Below are positions 1-9,701 of a DNA stretch of 64,000 nucleotides, one piece after another. Each line of letters begins with the position of its first letter. Position 1 is the stretch's first letter. Both the position numbers and the translations under genes were made by a program. The stretch comes from Phycisphaerales bacterium (lineage in GTDB: Bacteria > Planctomycetota > Phycisphaerae > Phycisphaerales > UBA1924). The stretch lies in NCBI GenBank assembly GCA_044371005.1, contig JBILUL010000007.1, positions 494-64,493 on the forward strand, written 5' to 3'. Below the pieces are notes generated by a model. It was not told where the DNA came from and did not search any database. It saw only the letters and a program-made list of their open reading frames with translations.

Positions 1-78
1 ACCGATGTCAATCAGGATGGTGGCGTTGACGGCCAGGACATCCAACCCTTCTTTGAACAGTGGCAGAACGGGTGCTGA
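1..78 (+). CDS. 3' end of a CDS truncated by the window edge; C-terminal dockerin/EF-hand-like Ca-binding repeat
   Basis: Frame 1 reads TDVNQDGGVDGQDIQPFFEQWQNGC followed by TGA at 76-78. This fits a DxNxDGxVDxxD pattern. Only 25 codons are visible. Confidence 0.35.
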   Translation, partial: TDVNQDGGVDGQDIQPFFEQWQNGC

Positions 79-293
79 TTCGGCAAGTCGCGGCTGACAA
101 CGTTCACAGAGAACTTCCCAACCGATCTGGTACGGAGCAGCCCTTCCGATCTGGCACACACTATGTAAGCCGGGCCTCCTGGCCGGACGGGACTGACGAG
201 AGCATGCTCGCGTGAGCGAGCTGTCCCAAGAATGCGGGATCGGATCATCAGGTGATCCTTCCCAAAGTCGCAGCCGAACCAGGAGACCCAGTT

Positions 294-821
294 ATGGACC
301 GAATCCTTGCACTTGACCTTGGCAAAAACAAGACCGCAGCCAGACTTCGCGTGGCCGATGGCCGCAAGGACTACTGCGTCGTGGTGCCGACCAAAGTGGC
401 TGACCTGAAGCAGTTGGCCGAGAATGTCCAACCCACCGTCGCTGTCATGGAGATGTCCACCGTGACGTACTGGGTGCACGACCTGTTCGCCCAGATGGGC
501 ACCAAGGTGGTGGTCACGGCCAACAACAGCCCCTGCTGGAAGTGGAAGAACACGGATTGCAAGTCCGATTCAACCGACACCGACAAGCTCATCAAGCTGT
601 ATCTCCTGGGTGAGTTCGAGCCGGTCCATATCCCCGGCATGGACACGAGAGAATGGCGGAGCTTCATCGCGTTCCGGCGTCATCAGGTCCAGGCTCGCAC
701 TCGCATCAAGAACGAGATCAAGAGTCTGCTGAGCGCAAAGCACATCCCGATCAGCGATGCGGATCGGATTGGACAGTCCGATGGGTTGCTGCGGTACCCC
801 TCGCACGCGTTGGAGCCGTGA
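294..821 (+). pseudogene. IS110-family (DEDD) transposase, N-terminal fragment only
   Basis: ORF 252..821 with ATG at 294 gives MDRILALDLGKNK..VAVMEMSTVTYW..KSDSTDTDKLIKL, typical of the IS110 N-terminal domain. Only ~175 aa are present and the C-terminal half is missing. The frame runs into an IS630-like end sequence from ~783. Confidence 0.7.
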
Positions 822-2331
822 TCGGTATCAAGTGATTTCGCAGGCGAGACAAGGCCACCCAGACTCGCCAGATGCCCCATGCAAGGACGGCCGCGCAGGT
901 AAGGGTGATCCACAGTGGCTTTGGCGAACTCATTCCAAGAGCAATCAATGCTGCCAGCCAGACGGCCGCCAGGCGCAGATTCCAGCGACAATGCTTGGCA
1001 AGCGCGGCGTCGCCCGCCAACATCGCCAGCTGAGTCTGGTGTGCGAGGATCAGCGCAAAATGCCCAAGCATGCTGGGAACAGCGATTGCCAGGATCACGC
1101 CCTGGGCGAGGAGTTGGTCCGACACTTCATCATAGAGCAACTCGATGAGAAACGTGGTGCACATGGTCGCGAGGGTACAGACTCGGGTCCAGAACATGAT
1201 CCGGTCGCCACGTGCGGAGCCCAGGTCCCGCATGGGCGGCGAGGTAGCAAGCCAGCTTCCAACGCAGACCACACCCCAGTCGGCGATGGTGAGGGCCTGC
1301 TCGATTGGTTTCGAGAATGTCAGGTCCGTGCCCGTGACAAACTTCGCGATCATCGAACGTGCTTCCCATATCAACTGAAGGACGATCCAAACCTGAAGAA
1401 TGATCAGTCCCCGCGAGATATCAAGTCGACGCTTGGCACTCATGGAGTTCAAGAGCGGAGCGGAATCGGTCGGTCGGGTCGTTCCGCACTCGGGGCATCG
1501 ATCAATCGTGACGCCGCGGAGCGAATAGCCACACTCAGGACAGTGCGTGGATGACGCCTGGCTGTCTGGCCTGTGGATTGCCCTCGGGAAGGGATGCCAG
1601 AGCCGCCACCACGGTGTACGAACCAGGTCCGCTAGCTGCAGTGAGAGAGCTGAAACAACCCCGCCACAGTCAGGGCACTGGCTCATGGTCGAAGGATCAA
1701 GCGTTCGACCACACTGGCAGGAGGCTGACTGTCGATTGTTGCTGGTCTGCTGCAGGACTCGTGCGCTGGCATCCATCCCTGAGCTTTGCAGCATCTCCTG
1801 AAGTTGGGCCAAGGCAGCATCCGTCGACGGACGGTCGCCGAAAGCGGCGAAGGGGATCAGAATTACATCAATCTCGTACGCCGAGCGGATGCCGATGTAC
1901 AACTCCGAGACCGGGCCGACCCAGTCGACCTGAGACCACGCGACATGGGTCGTGCCCGTCGCGGTGGACAGAACGACGCCATCCCTCGTTGCGACAAGAT
2001 GCACCTTCGTTGGAGGGCGAGCGGTTCCGTATTTGGCGTTGCGATTGAGCCTGCGATACCTTCTGAGCCAGCCAGTGTTGACTGCGGCACCCCAGATGGA
2101 ACAAATAGACAACCAGAACAACAGTTTGAGGATCAATCGGGGCGCGGCTTCCACCCCTTTGGCGATGACCACGATCAGGATCGCTGTCGAAACAGCGAAC
2201 CCGGCCACGACCAGTTCCCGCCGCCCCAGCCTTCGAATGGCCGGATACGACGCGAGCAGGTACTTCGCCACGAACATGTCGTTGGTGCCGTCGCGGGTGA
2301 AGGAAGCTCTGAGGGTTGGTGTTTCAGTCAT
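751..2331 (-). CDS. Polytopic membrane protein with two zinc-ribbon motifs; 3' end probably replaced by IS sequence
   Basis: ORF 751..2364 with ATG at 2331 (MTETPTLRASF). Several hydrophobic helices. Zinc-ribbon motifs are CQCGRTLDPSTMSQCPDCGG and CPECGYSLRGVTIDRCPECG. The last ~27 codons are read through IS-derived sequence (751-832). Confidence 0.6.
   Translation of the reverse strand: MTETPTLRASFTRDGTNDMFVAKYLLASYPAIRRLGRRELVVAGFAVSTAILIVVIAKGVEAAPRLILKLLFWLSICSIWGAAVNTGWLRRYRRLNRNAKYGTARPPTKVHLVATRDGVVLSTATGTTHVAWSQVDWVGPVSELYIGIRSAYEIDVILIPFAAFGDRPSTDAALAQLQEMLQSSGMDASARVLQQTSNNRQSASCQCGRTLDPSTMSQCPDCGGVVSALSLQLADLVRTPWWRLWHPFPRAIHRPDSQASSTHCPECGYSLRGVTIDRCPECGTTRPTDSAPLLNSMSAKRRLDISRGLIILQVWIVLQLIWEARSMIAKFVTGTDLTFSKPIEQALTIADWGVVCVGSWLATSPPMRDLGSARGDRIMFWTRVCTLATMCTTFLIELLYDEVSDQLLAQGVILAIAVPSMLGHFALILAHQTQLAMLAGDAALAKHCRWNLRLAAVWLAALIALGMSSPKPLWITLTCAAVLAWGIWRVWVALSRLRNHLIPITAPTRARGTAATHRTVQSDPHR
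783..830. repeat. Solo copy of the 3' terminal sequence of the IS630-like element (see 9481..9524)
   Basis: 800..830 (ctcgcacgcgttggagccgtgatcggtatca) matches 9494..9524 at 29 of 31 positions. Similarity extends upstream with a gap, so both ORFs end ..LLR..SHALEP. Confidence 0.75.
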
Positions 2332-2484
2332 GCAGCACCCGTGGGTCGTCGTCCATCGCACCATTCGTGAGGAATGAGCCCGCTTAAGATCGCATGGTAC
2401 TCATGCCCGGGCGACTGCGGCAAGTGGCTCAGAGTTGGTCAGCGGAGTATCCGATGGCACCCTCTCAGCGTGCTCAAGATCGAG

Positions 2485-2611
2485 ATGGTCTACCATTTGA
2501 AGTTCGACACAAGTGGAGAGGCCCGCGGCCTTCTTCGAATACATCAAGGTGTTCTCCAGCGGTCAGCGTCTCCACGCTGCCCTGGACTCCCAGAGCCCTG
2601 AACAGTTCGAG
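2485..2611 (+). pseudogene. Remnant of the C-terminal tail of an IS3-family (rve) transposase
   Basis: Two adjacent frames read HLKFDTSGEARGL and AAFFEYIKVFSSGQRLHAALDSQSPEQFE. These resemble the conserved IS3 OrfB tail (..EAR..iF.YIE.FYN..R.HS.L.y.SP..FE). No integrase core is present upstream and a frameshift lies inside the remnant. Confidence 0.5.
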
Positions 2612-2708
2612 GTGTGTCGGATCGGCAAGTCGAACGAGGTCAACGGATTCTTGGTCAGGAGAATGCTCTGCCGGATTCAACGGTGTTGGTGCGATCAGAT
2701 CATCGAGA

Positions 2709-4346
2709 ATGCAGAAAGAGAACTGCGCAGGCCTTATGGAACAGTTCGCGGAAATTCTCCGAAGTGCGCTGCCCACTGAGTTGTGGACACGGGCGACAAT
2801 CCTGCTGGCAGAGGATGAGGGCCGCGAGGCTGATGAGGTGGTTCGTGCCCGCCTCCTGCTCGAACAGGGGCGAGGCCTGCTGCGTTCGGCAGAGATTGAT
2901 CGCGGGCTTGCGTGCTTGGTCGCCTCGCTGATTGCACAATCGTCTGCGGAGCGTGCCGACCCGATCTCGGCGACTGCCATACTGCTCGAAGTGCTTGACT
3001 ATCTCGACGATCCGCAGTTGCGCCAGTGGGTCTCGTCTCGCGGCTTTCTTCCATCGGAACATCCGTGCCATGCAAAGCTCCAGTGCGCCCGGCTCCACGC
3101 CAAAGCCCAGGTGCATGTCGATCAGGCTCGGTACTCCGAAGCGGCAGCCGTCATCGATGATCTGCAGAGACTCATCCGCGGCGATACAGGCACCATTCCA
3201 TTCGATAGCCCGCTCCTCCTTGCGTACTTGAACGCGAGGCACTTGCGAGCGAGCTCGCAGATATTGTCGGGCGAGATCGTTGTGGCCGGTTACGAGTTGG
3301 CAGAATTGGCTCTCTGGCTTCAGCACGCGACGAGGCCGGATCTGCTGATGGTGGGACATCGCTTTGGGCGATCGTTGGTCACACTGTCGGATCATGCACC
3401 CACATCCCCAGCGTCCAAGCGTGGCACACTTCATTTCCGCTTTCCTTGGAGTGTCCCTTCACGCTTCACCAGCACTGCAAGTAGTTCATACATCCTGCCC
3501 ATGTTGCCACTCCCAGTTGTGCTGGTGGGAGTTCTCTTCGCATCATTTCCGCAGGTGGCTCCACCCTTCCGTTGGGGTGGCGGAATCGTTGCCGGAGTCG
3601 CGCTCCTCCTGGCAGTTGGCTTGGCGCTCTGGCGATACATCAGCGCCTCCGTCAAGTCCGTTGACGCCACTGTCGTGATGGAAGATGGATTCGAAGTAGT
3701 GGGGAAAAAGAGTGGCGAAGTTGTTTTCGCGTTACCCTGGAGCGAGGTCGTGAGCATCGCGTTTGTCGGCGGTCGTGCGTCCGAGGAACCATGCCTGGTC
3801 GTTCCGTTGACCGACAATAAGGGGAAAATCCGCTTTGGCGTCGGAGGCCTGCACGCGGCTGGGGTCAAGTGCATCTGTCAGAAAGGCGAGGTTGGCGGCT
3901 TCATCCTGCCTAAGCCCGCAGCTCGATTGCCCTTGTTCGTCCTGGTCGACATGCTCGTACGACGGTCGCGACCCCGCGAGGAGATGCTTCCCGCCGGTAC
4001 AGCGGTCGAAACCCGACTGCGATGTTGCGACCGTCCGGATCTTGAAACAACCAAGTCATTGAGCAGTGACCGTCACGGAACCTGCGCCCTTCGACGCTGC
4101 CGGACCTGCGGCCAGCCATGGCTGTACCGCTGGGACGAGTGGGTGGATTCCAGCGGCCCAGATCGTTCAACGACGTGGTATTGGCCCCTGAGCGAGGAGG
4201 AACGTGCCAGAATCGAGGCGGAAGGTTCGGAGCACGGCTTGGTTGAGAGCGAGCACGACCGGACCGTGTACATGTTTGAGCAGAGTGATGACAGGCCGGG
4301 TACAGTTTTTAGACTGGTTCGCGAGATCCCTGAGCGATTCTTCTGA
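2709..4346 (+). CDS. Hypothetical membrane protein (helical N-terminus, 2 TM helices, C-terminal CxxC domain)
   Basis: ORF 2394..4346. The first ~105 codons overlap the IS3 remnant and look non-coding, so I take ATG at 2709 (alternative 2736). TM segments are LPVVLVGVLFASF and GGIVAGVALLLAVGLALW. The C-terminal CRTCGQPWLYRWDEW..YWPLSEEERARIEA resembles ORF 4732..5112. Confidence 0.55.
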   Translation: MQKENCAGLMEQFAEILRSALPTELWTRATILLAEDEGREADEVVRARLLLEQGRGLLRSAEIDRGLACLVASLIAQSSAERADPISATAILLEVLDYLDDPQLRQWVSSRGFLPSEHPCHAKLQCARLHAKAQVHVDQARYSEAAAVIDDLQRLIRGDTGTIPFDSPLLLAYLNARHLRASSQILSGEIVVAGYELAELALWLQHATRPDLLMVGHRFGRSLVTLSDHAPTSPASKRGTLHFRFPWSVPSRFTSTASSSYILPMLPLPVVLVGVLFASFPQVAPPFRWGGGIVAGVALLLAVGLALWRYISASVKSVDATVVMEDGFEVVGKKSGEVVFALPWSEVVSIAFVGGRASEEPCLVVPLTDNKGKIRFGVGGLHAAGVKCICQKGEVGGFILPKPAARLPLFVLVDMLVRRSRPREEMLPAGTAVETRLRCCDRPDLETTKSLSSDRHGTCALRRCRTCGQPWLYRWDEWVDSSGPDRSTTWYWPLSEEERARIEAEGSEHGLVESEHDRTVYMFEQSDDRPGTVFRLVREIPERFF

Positions 4347-4429
4347 GCGGTTGCGGCATCATGTTGGCGTTGCGGCATGAAGAACGAAGGTGCTTTGGAG
4401 CGATGCTGGGCGATGAAAAAGACAAACAG

Positions 4430-4735
4430 ATGTTGGCCGTGAAAATACACAAAGCACAAATGCCGTGGTTGGGGCGTGGCTCGTATCTCGTTCCAGTGAC
4501 CGATTGGCTAACTGAGCGAGTCCATGTCAAGCACTGGATAAGACCGCTCAACCGATTCGACGCCGGAAGCAGAAACGATGCCGCGGTACGATTCATGACA
4601 TTGATTCGGGTTCCAGAATTGCACCCGGTGCTTCAGTTTGCGAACTGCTTTGAAAAGTATGCGATGGTCTGGATGGGCTGCCGAGTGGTTCCTGGGCCAC
4701 CTCGATCTGCTTTTGAACAGGAGTCTGTGAAATGA
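4430..4735 (+). CDS. Small conserved hypothetical protein, paralog 1 of a duplicated family
   Basis: MLAVKIHKAQMPWLGRGSYLVPVTDWLTERVHVKHWIRPLNRFDAG..FANCFEKYAMVWMGCRVVPGP is ~75-80% identical to the product of 5371... The stop overlaps the next ATG (ATGA at 4732-4735). The start is uncertain (4403 or 4430). Confidence 0.5.
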   Translation: MLAVKIHKAQMPWLGRGSYLVPVTDWLTERVHVKHWIRPLNRFDAGSRNDAAVRFMTLIRVPELHPVLQFANCFEKYAMVWMGCRVVPGPPRSAFEQESVK

Positions 4736-5112
4736 CGTGTATTTGTACGAGTACTACTCCGCTCGATGCATTGCGACATATCAGGTCAGCTGAAAGCACC
4801 ATTGAACTAATCAACGAGTCGTCGCTCGAAATGCGGCTGGTTGACTGCCCCGTTTGCGGCCATGCCTTTCTTTTCGTCTGTGTGGTATTCGCCGGATATA
4901 CGGACGATTCAGAGTGGGAGTACCGCGATTCGTACTACGTGCCGATTTCCAAGGCCGAACGAGAAGATCTTCTGATCAAGCGGCAAACAGAGGGGCAGTG
5001 CGAGCAGTTCGTCCGCGGGCTTAATCCCCCTCGACGACATATACACGTCCAATACTCGGCAGACGGATCGGTGGAGACAGAATGGCGAACCGGAAGCATT
5101 GTTATTCTGTAA
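4732..5112 (+). CDS. Small CxxC-domain protein, translationally coupled to 4430..4735
   Basis: 126-aa ORF with an ATGA overlap with the upstream gene. CPVCGHAFLF...YYVPISKAEREDLLIK resembles the C-terminus of the 2709..4346 product. The region looks AT-richer by eye. Confidence 0.5.
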   Translation: MTCICTSTTPLDALRHIRSAESTIELINESSLEMRLVDCPVCGHAFLFVCVVFAGYTDDSEWEYRDSYYVPISKAEREDLLIKRQTEGQCEQFVRGLNPPRRHIHVQYSADGSVETEWRTGSIVIL

Positions 5113-5370
5113 ACTACTCCGCTCGGTGATAAACGGGGAACACCCTCGGAAGCAGCGTGCGCTCGCCGGCTTCGCTGCGGGGTGTGGCAGACACATCTTC
5201 GAAAGCAGCGACGACAGGCCACAATCAGTCGTCGGTGCATTGTCGGAGCGATTGCCGCAAGGAACGAGGCCTCTGATGTCAAAGACTCACGGCAGCGCCG
5301 CCGGACCAGCGGTTTGAAGGGGTTGTGCTCATGGAATTGCTCTATACACTCAAGGTCAGCAAGGAATAAA

Positions 5371-5871
5371 GTGCTCGCGATCAAGCTCCACAAGACGAAA
5401 AAGCCCTGGTTGGGACGGGGATCCTATCTGGTTCCCGTAACCGATTGGCGAACTGGGCGAGTCCATATCAAGCACTGGATAAGGCTGCTCAACCGCTTCA
5501 ACGCCGGTAGCACAAACGATGCGATACGATTCATCACATTGGTTCGAATTCCAGACTCGCATCCGGTACTGCTGTTTGCGGACTGCTTTGAGAAGTATGC
5601 GATGGCCTGGATGGGCTGCCGCGTGGTCCCTGAGCCATTGTCTGCGCAAATGATGCTGGTCCAGCGGCTTCTGATGCTTTGGCCCGCGGATCGTATCGAC
5701 GAAGCACCTTCTCCGGCTCTCCTGCGGTCATTTAGCTTTCGCCAAGTAGGAGAGGCTCGCCGAATGTCGCCAGAACTCATACTGGCAAAGCGATTGCCAC
5801 CTTCGGCGACTCTGTGGACGAAGAGAGTGCAGCTGCTGTATGGGAAGCCTAAAAGAAAGGGTGACAGTTGA
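5371..5871 (+). CDS. Small conserved hypothetical protein, paralog 2
   Basis: GTG at 5371 is preceded by AAGGAA (5361-5366). VLAIKLHKTKKPWLGRGSYLVPVTDWRTGRVHIKHWIRLLNRFNAG..FADCFEKYAMAWMGCRVVPEP. The ~75-aa tail beyond the conserved part may not be genuine. Confidence 0.45.
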   Translation: MLAIKLHKTKKPWLGRGSYLVPVTDWRTGRVHIKHWIRLLNRFNAGSTNDAIRFITLVRIPDSHPVLLFADCFEKYAMAWMGCRVVPEPLSAQMMLVQRLLMLWPADRIDEAPSPALLRSFSFRQVGEARRMSPELILAKRLPPSATLWTKRVQLLYGKPKRKGDS

Positions 5872-5967
5872 TATGAGAGCTCGCCAATGTGAACACCCGA
5901 CAGACTTGAGCGGCAGAGCTTTGTGTCACAGCGACGGATTCGCCCCCGCATGCTCTCGCGGGTTGAT

Positions 5968-7452
5968 CTAGTGGTATATCTTGATCGCCGGCCAACGAGC
6001 TTTGACCGCCGCGACGCCCGCATCCGTCACCAGCGTGTTGTTGAGATACAACTCGGTCAAGTTCTGAAGGCCCATATCCGAACTCGACAGAGCCCTGAGC
6101 CCTGAGTCCGTGACCTGGGTGGAAGCAAGATTCAGCCAAGTCAGGGCATTGAGGCCGGTGTCTGCTCTCGCTGCGGCCACCAGTCCTGCATCCGTAATCT
6201 GCGTGCCGTAGAGGTTCAGTTTCGAGAGTAGCTTGAGCCCGGTGTCCGCTCGCGACAGCTCAGCCAAACCTGCGTCTGTGATCAGAGTTCTGTCAAGGTC
6301 CAGAGTGTTCAGTGCCTTGAGGCCCGTATCCGCACGCGCCAGAAGCACCAACCCAGCATCGGTCACCATCGTCGAAAAGAGACTCAATTCGGTGAGGGAT
6401 GCGAGCCCAGTGTCTGCTCGCGATATGTCCTTCAGCCCCTGCTCCGTCACGTGCGTGTTGCCCAGAATCAGGATCTTCAATGCCCTGAGTCCTGTGTCTG
6501 ATCTCGACAGGGCTTTCAGTTCCGCATCCGTCACCCGTTCCCCGCACACACTCAACCAGGTCAGTCCTTTGAGGCCAGTGTTTGATCTCGCCAGTTCCAT
6601 GAGTCCTGCGTGCGTTACCTTGGTGCCGCCGAGATCCAAGCCCGTAAGGGCCTTGAGGCCTGTATCCGATCGCGCCAACTCACGGAGTCCTGCATCCGTC
6701 AACTGGGTGTCCGAGAGAGAGAGTTCGCGCAATGCACTGAGCGCGGTGTCGGCGCGGGCCAGATGACTTACTCCCACATCCGTCACGAGCGTCTGGGTGA
6801 GGTACAATCTGGTCAGGGCCTTGAGGCCCGATTCCGGGCGAGCCAGGTCCATGAGCCCAGCGTCGGTGATCTGGTTGCGCCCGAGCAAGAGTTCAGTGAG
6901 GCCCCTGAGACCCGTGTCCTTCCTGGCAAGCTGCCGAAGCCCCGCGTCGGTTGTTGGCGTGTCATGGATGTCGAGAGTCGTCAGTGCCTTGAGGCCCATG
7001 TCCGAACGCGCCAGACTTTCCAGCCCCGCATCCGTCACGTGTGTGTTGCTGAGGACAAGCACGGTCAAGGTCTTGAGGCGTGTGTCCGCACGCGCCATGT
7101 GCATAAGTCCAGCATCGGTTACCGCCGCCCCGCCCAAGTTCAGCGTGGTCAGTGCGGTAAAGTCCGAGTCGGCACTCGCCAGGTACTTCAGTCCCGCGTC
7201 GGTCATCGTTCCCGCGGGTGCGCCGAGAATGGCCTCTCTGGCGTGGGGTGCCTGACCTACGAGTCGCAGTCCTGTCACGCGAGCGTACTCGGCCGGACCG
7301 AGCGGGTCGGTCGAATCAAGCCCCAGCGACACCCGGACTTGTTGGTCGATAAGGCCTCGCTCGGCAGCCGATATGGCCGGGACATCGGGCAGATCGGGCC
7401 CGCACCCGGAAACCAATATGCACGTAGCCGTAAGGGCAAAGAGCACTTTCAT
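5968..7452 (-). CDS. Leucine-rich-repeat lipoprotein (~17 tandem 24-25-aa repeats)
   Basis: ATG at 7452 gives MKVLFALTATCILVSGC, a signal peptide with a lipobox. It is followed by repeats of LKALTxLxLxxTxVTDAGLxxLARxDTG through to the C-terminus. Confidence 0.85.
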   Translation of the reverse strand: MKVLFALTATCILVSGCGPDLPDVPAISAAERGLIDQQVRVSLGLDSTDPLGPAEYARVTGLRLVGQAPHAREAILGAPAGTMTDAGLKYLASADSDFTALTTLNLGGAAVTDAGLMHMARADTRLKTLTVLVLSNTHVTDAGLESLARSDMGLKALTTLDIHDTPTTDAGLRQLARKDTGLRGLTELLLGRNQITDAGLMDLARPESGLKALTRLYLTQTLVTDVGVSHLARADTALSALRELSLSDTQLTDAGLRELARSDTGLKALTGLDLGGTKVTHAGLMELARSNTGLKGLTWLSVCGERVTDAELKALSRSDTGLRALKILILGNTHVTEQGLKDISRADTGLASLTELSLFSTMVTDAGLVLLARADTGLKALNTLDLDRTLITDAGLAELSRADTGLKLLSKLNLYGTQITDAGLVAAARADTGLNALTWLNLASTQVTDSGLRALSSSDMGLQNLTELYLNNTLVTDAGVAAVKARWPAIKIYH

Positions 7453-7648
7453 GGTGATGACGGTATGACACTGTTGTGTCCGACGCAGCGCCTTGTGCGC
7501 CGGCAGTCCAAGCCACAAGGGACGCGCACCTCGCGACGTTCCACTGCCAGGCATGGTCGCGTGGCCGACTCCAGCGTCTAGCGGTAGCCGCTGCCCCTTG
7601 ACAGAGATCGTACGTCCCTTGCGAAGCTGACCGAGCATATCCTGCTGC

Positions 7649-8215
7649 ATGAGCGATAAGTCAACATCTGCACTGTCTCGTGCCAAGGCGATGGCCATCG
7701 CGATGCACGATGGATGCGGCCACAAACGCTCCGATGGCGAACCCTACTGGCGTCACCCGGAGAGAATCGTCCAGACGCTGCACGCCGCGGGACTGGCCGA
7801 GGACGTTCTGTCCGCCGCGTGGCTGCATGATGTCCCTGAAGACTGCCCGGAGGACCGCGCGGGCTGCGAGGCGCTCCTCATCCAGATTGACCGCGAGTTC
7901 GGCTCCACCGTGGGGAATCTCGTCCGCGAGGTAACCAACTTCGCGACCAGTTCGGAGTCGATGGAAGAAAAGCAAGCAAGGTTGCGCGAGCACGCCAAGC
8001 ACATGACCGATCATGCCAAGTGGATCAAACTCGCCGATCGCCTGGACAATATCTCCGGAATGCACGGATGGTCCAACCAGAAGAAGGTGCGTTACGCGCA
8101 GGCAACTGTGGCCCTTTTGGATGCGCTCCGCCCATGGCCGATGGGTTCCGACGCTCTAGCCGCGGGGATCTCGCAGCGGGCAAATGCCATCCTCGCAGCG
8201 GCACGTGCTGATTGA
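7649..8215 (+). CDS. Stand-alone HD-domain protein, RelA/SpoT-type (p)ppGpp hydrolase-like (small alarmone hydrolase candidate)
   Basis: 188 aa. A..AIAMHDGCGHKRSDGEPYWRHPERIV..AAWLHDVPEDC..FGSTVGNLVREVTN matches the SpoT/Mesh1 HD motif order (H..HD..ED..FG..V..lV..vT). Confidence 0.75.
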   Translation: MSDKSTSALSRAKAMAIAMHDGCGHKRSDGEPYWRHPERIVQTLHAAGLAEDVLSAAWLHDVPEDCPEDRAGCEALLIQIDREFGSTVGNLVREVTNFATSSESMEEKQARLREHAKHMTDHAKWIKLADRLDNISGMHGWSNQKKVRYAQATVALLDALRPWPMGSDALAAGISQRANAILAAARAD

Positions 8216-8525
8216 ACAACCTGCTGTGGCAGCCGCGGGCCGAGTGCTCAGCATGACGATCTGGGCGACCCACCTTGGCGAGGACTCGAAGCGGGGATGC
8301 CAAAGAGCGTACGAACAGCGTGCAGCAATGGCGGGATGAACTGGATTGGGTATGCGACGGATCCCGTCTGAAACCGGGCAAGTTCGCGAGCATTTAGGCA
8401 TTGTGCCCGCCCTTCAAGATGGGGATAATGGTGATGGCTCATCATGGAGGCCGACGATGCTGAGGTCAGAACGCACTGGCGGCGACATTCAAAGACTATG
8501 AAGCGAGGTTCGACGCGAACGAAAC

Positions 8526-9515
8526 GTGGCACATCGCGATCGCCCCCGCGGTGTACTTCTGGCACACGAAGGCATCCAGACCATCGAGATCCAGCGGATG
8601 CTGGGCCGCAGCCGCGGCTTCGCGCAATGCTGGGCCTCCGCCACCGCGATGGAGGCATCGATGCCATCGCTCGCCTGCCGTACCCCGGGAACCACGCACG
8701 CATCGATGGCGTCCAGTTGCAGAAGTTCAAGGCCCGCATTGACGCAGGACCGGCCGCCAAGGACAAAGTCTGCACGCTCAGGGGTAAGGATGTGCAGCGA
8801 ATCCTCGATGAAGAACTGGGGGTCAAATACTCGCTCCAGGCGGTGTACGACCTGCTTCATCGCATGGGGTGTTCGTACCTGGCTCCCCGGCCTCTCCACG
8901 AACACCAGAATCTTGAGGCGCAGAAAGAGTTCTCACAGAAGCAAGCCCCCCTTTGTCCGCACCGTTCGCGAAACGATTGAACCACGCCGCGGGAGGTGCC
9001 GCACCTATTTCATGGACGAAGCGCGATTCGGCCAGCAACGGACACTGACCCGGACCTGGGCTGCCCGAGGTTCCCGCCCCACAGCTGTCAAGCATACTCG
9101 GTACGAGTTGGTGTACATGCACGCGGCGGTCGAACCAAAGTCTGGGGCAAGCATGGCGATTCAGGCACCTCAGGTGAACACGGAGACGATGAACGTGTTG
9201 CTCAAGATGCTCAGCCGCAAGCTCTGCAAGAATGAACACGCGGTGCTGATCATGGATCTGGCCGGATGGCATCGGGCCAAGCATCTGGTAACGCCCGACA
9301 ACATCACGGTGCTGTATCTGCCTCCGTATTCACCAGAGCTCAACCCCGTGGAGCGCCTGTGGGGGTACCTACGCAGTCACGACCTGAGCAGCCGAGCGTA
9401 CAAGGACTACAACCACATGCTCGATGAGCAAGCCAAGGATTGGCAGGTGTTGACAACAGCGTTGCTCAGGTCGGTGTGCGCCTGCCCGTATCTCTCGCAC
9501 GCGTTGGAGCCGTGA
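8526..9515 (+). pseudogene. IS630-family DDE transposase with two compensating frameshifts
   Basis: The N-terminal HTH (VLLAHEGIQTIEIQRMLGRSRGF) and C-terminal DDE part (YFMDEARFGQQ..LIMDLAGWH..LPPYSPELNPVERLW) are in one frame. The middle part (RDGGIDAIARL..VYDLLHRMGCSYLAPRP..EAQKEF) is in the frame of ORF 8444..8980. The shifts lie near 8650 (a 1-nt gap relative to the remnant at 11070) and at a C-run near 8945. Confidence 0.8.
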
Positions 9516-9524
9516 TTGGTGTCA
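9481..9524. repeat. 3' terminal sequence of the IS630-like element (partner of 783..830)
   Basis: ctcgcacgcgttggagccgtgattggtgtca at 9494..9524 is repeated at 800..830. Confidence 0.75.
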
Positions 9525-9701
9525 CACCACGTTTGACTACCGATCGCCGTTGGAATTGGAGGCATCGTTTGCCTCACATCTGGCGAGAGAATAATGTATC
9601 ACAGAGGTCTACCGGCGATGGGATGTACCAATCCTCCCCATTACGCATGCGTGCAAGCACGCATGCGGCCAATCACGAAAGTGGTCGAGAAAGCAACTGC
9701 A

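Noticed and set aside
12-479. 155-aa minus-strand ORF at the window start
   Set aside because: It overlaps the recognisable IS110 transposase N-terminus on the opposite strand and has no motifs. It is likely spurious.
2394-2708. N-terminal ~105 codons of ORF 2394..4346, and ORF 2374..2601
   Set aside because: The region corresponds to the frameshifted IS3 transposase tail remnant, and the translation is Arg/Ser/Pro-rich. An internal ATG (2709) is the more plausible gene start.
8444-9515. Programmed ribosomal frameshifting in the IS630 transposase
   Set aside because: Two shifts in opposite directions are needed to restore the protein. One corresponds to a 1-nt gap relative to the second copy, so decay or sequencing error is more likely than programmed frameshifting.
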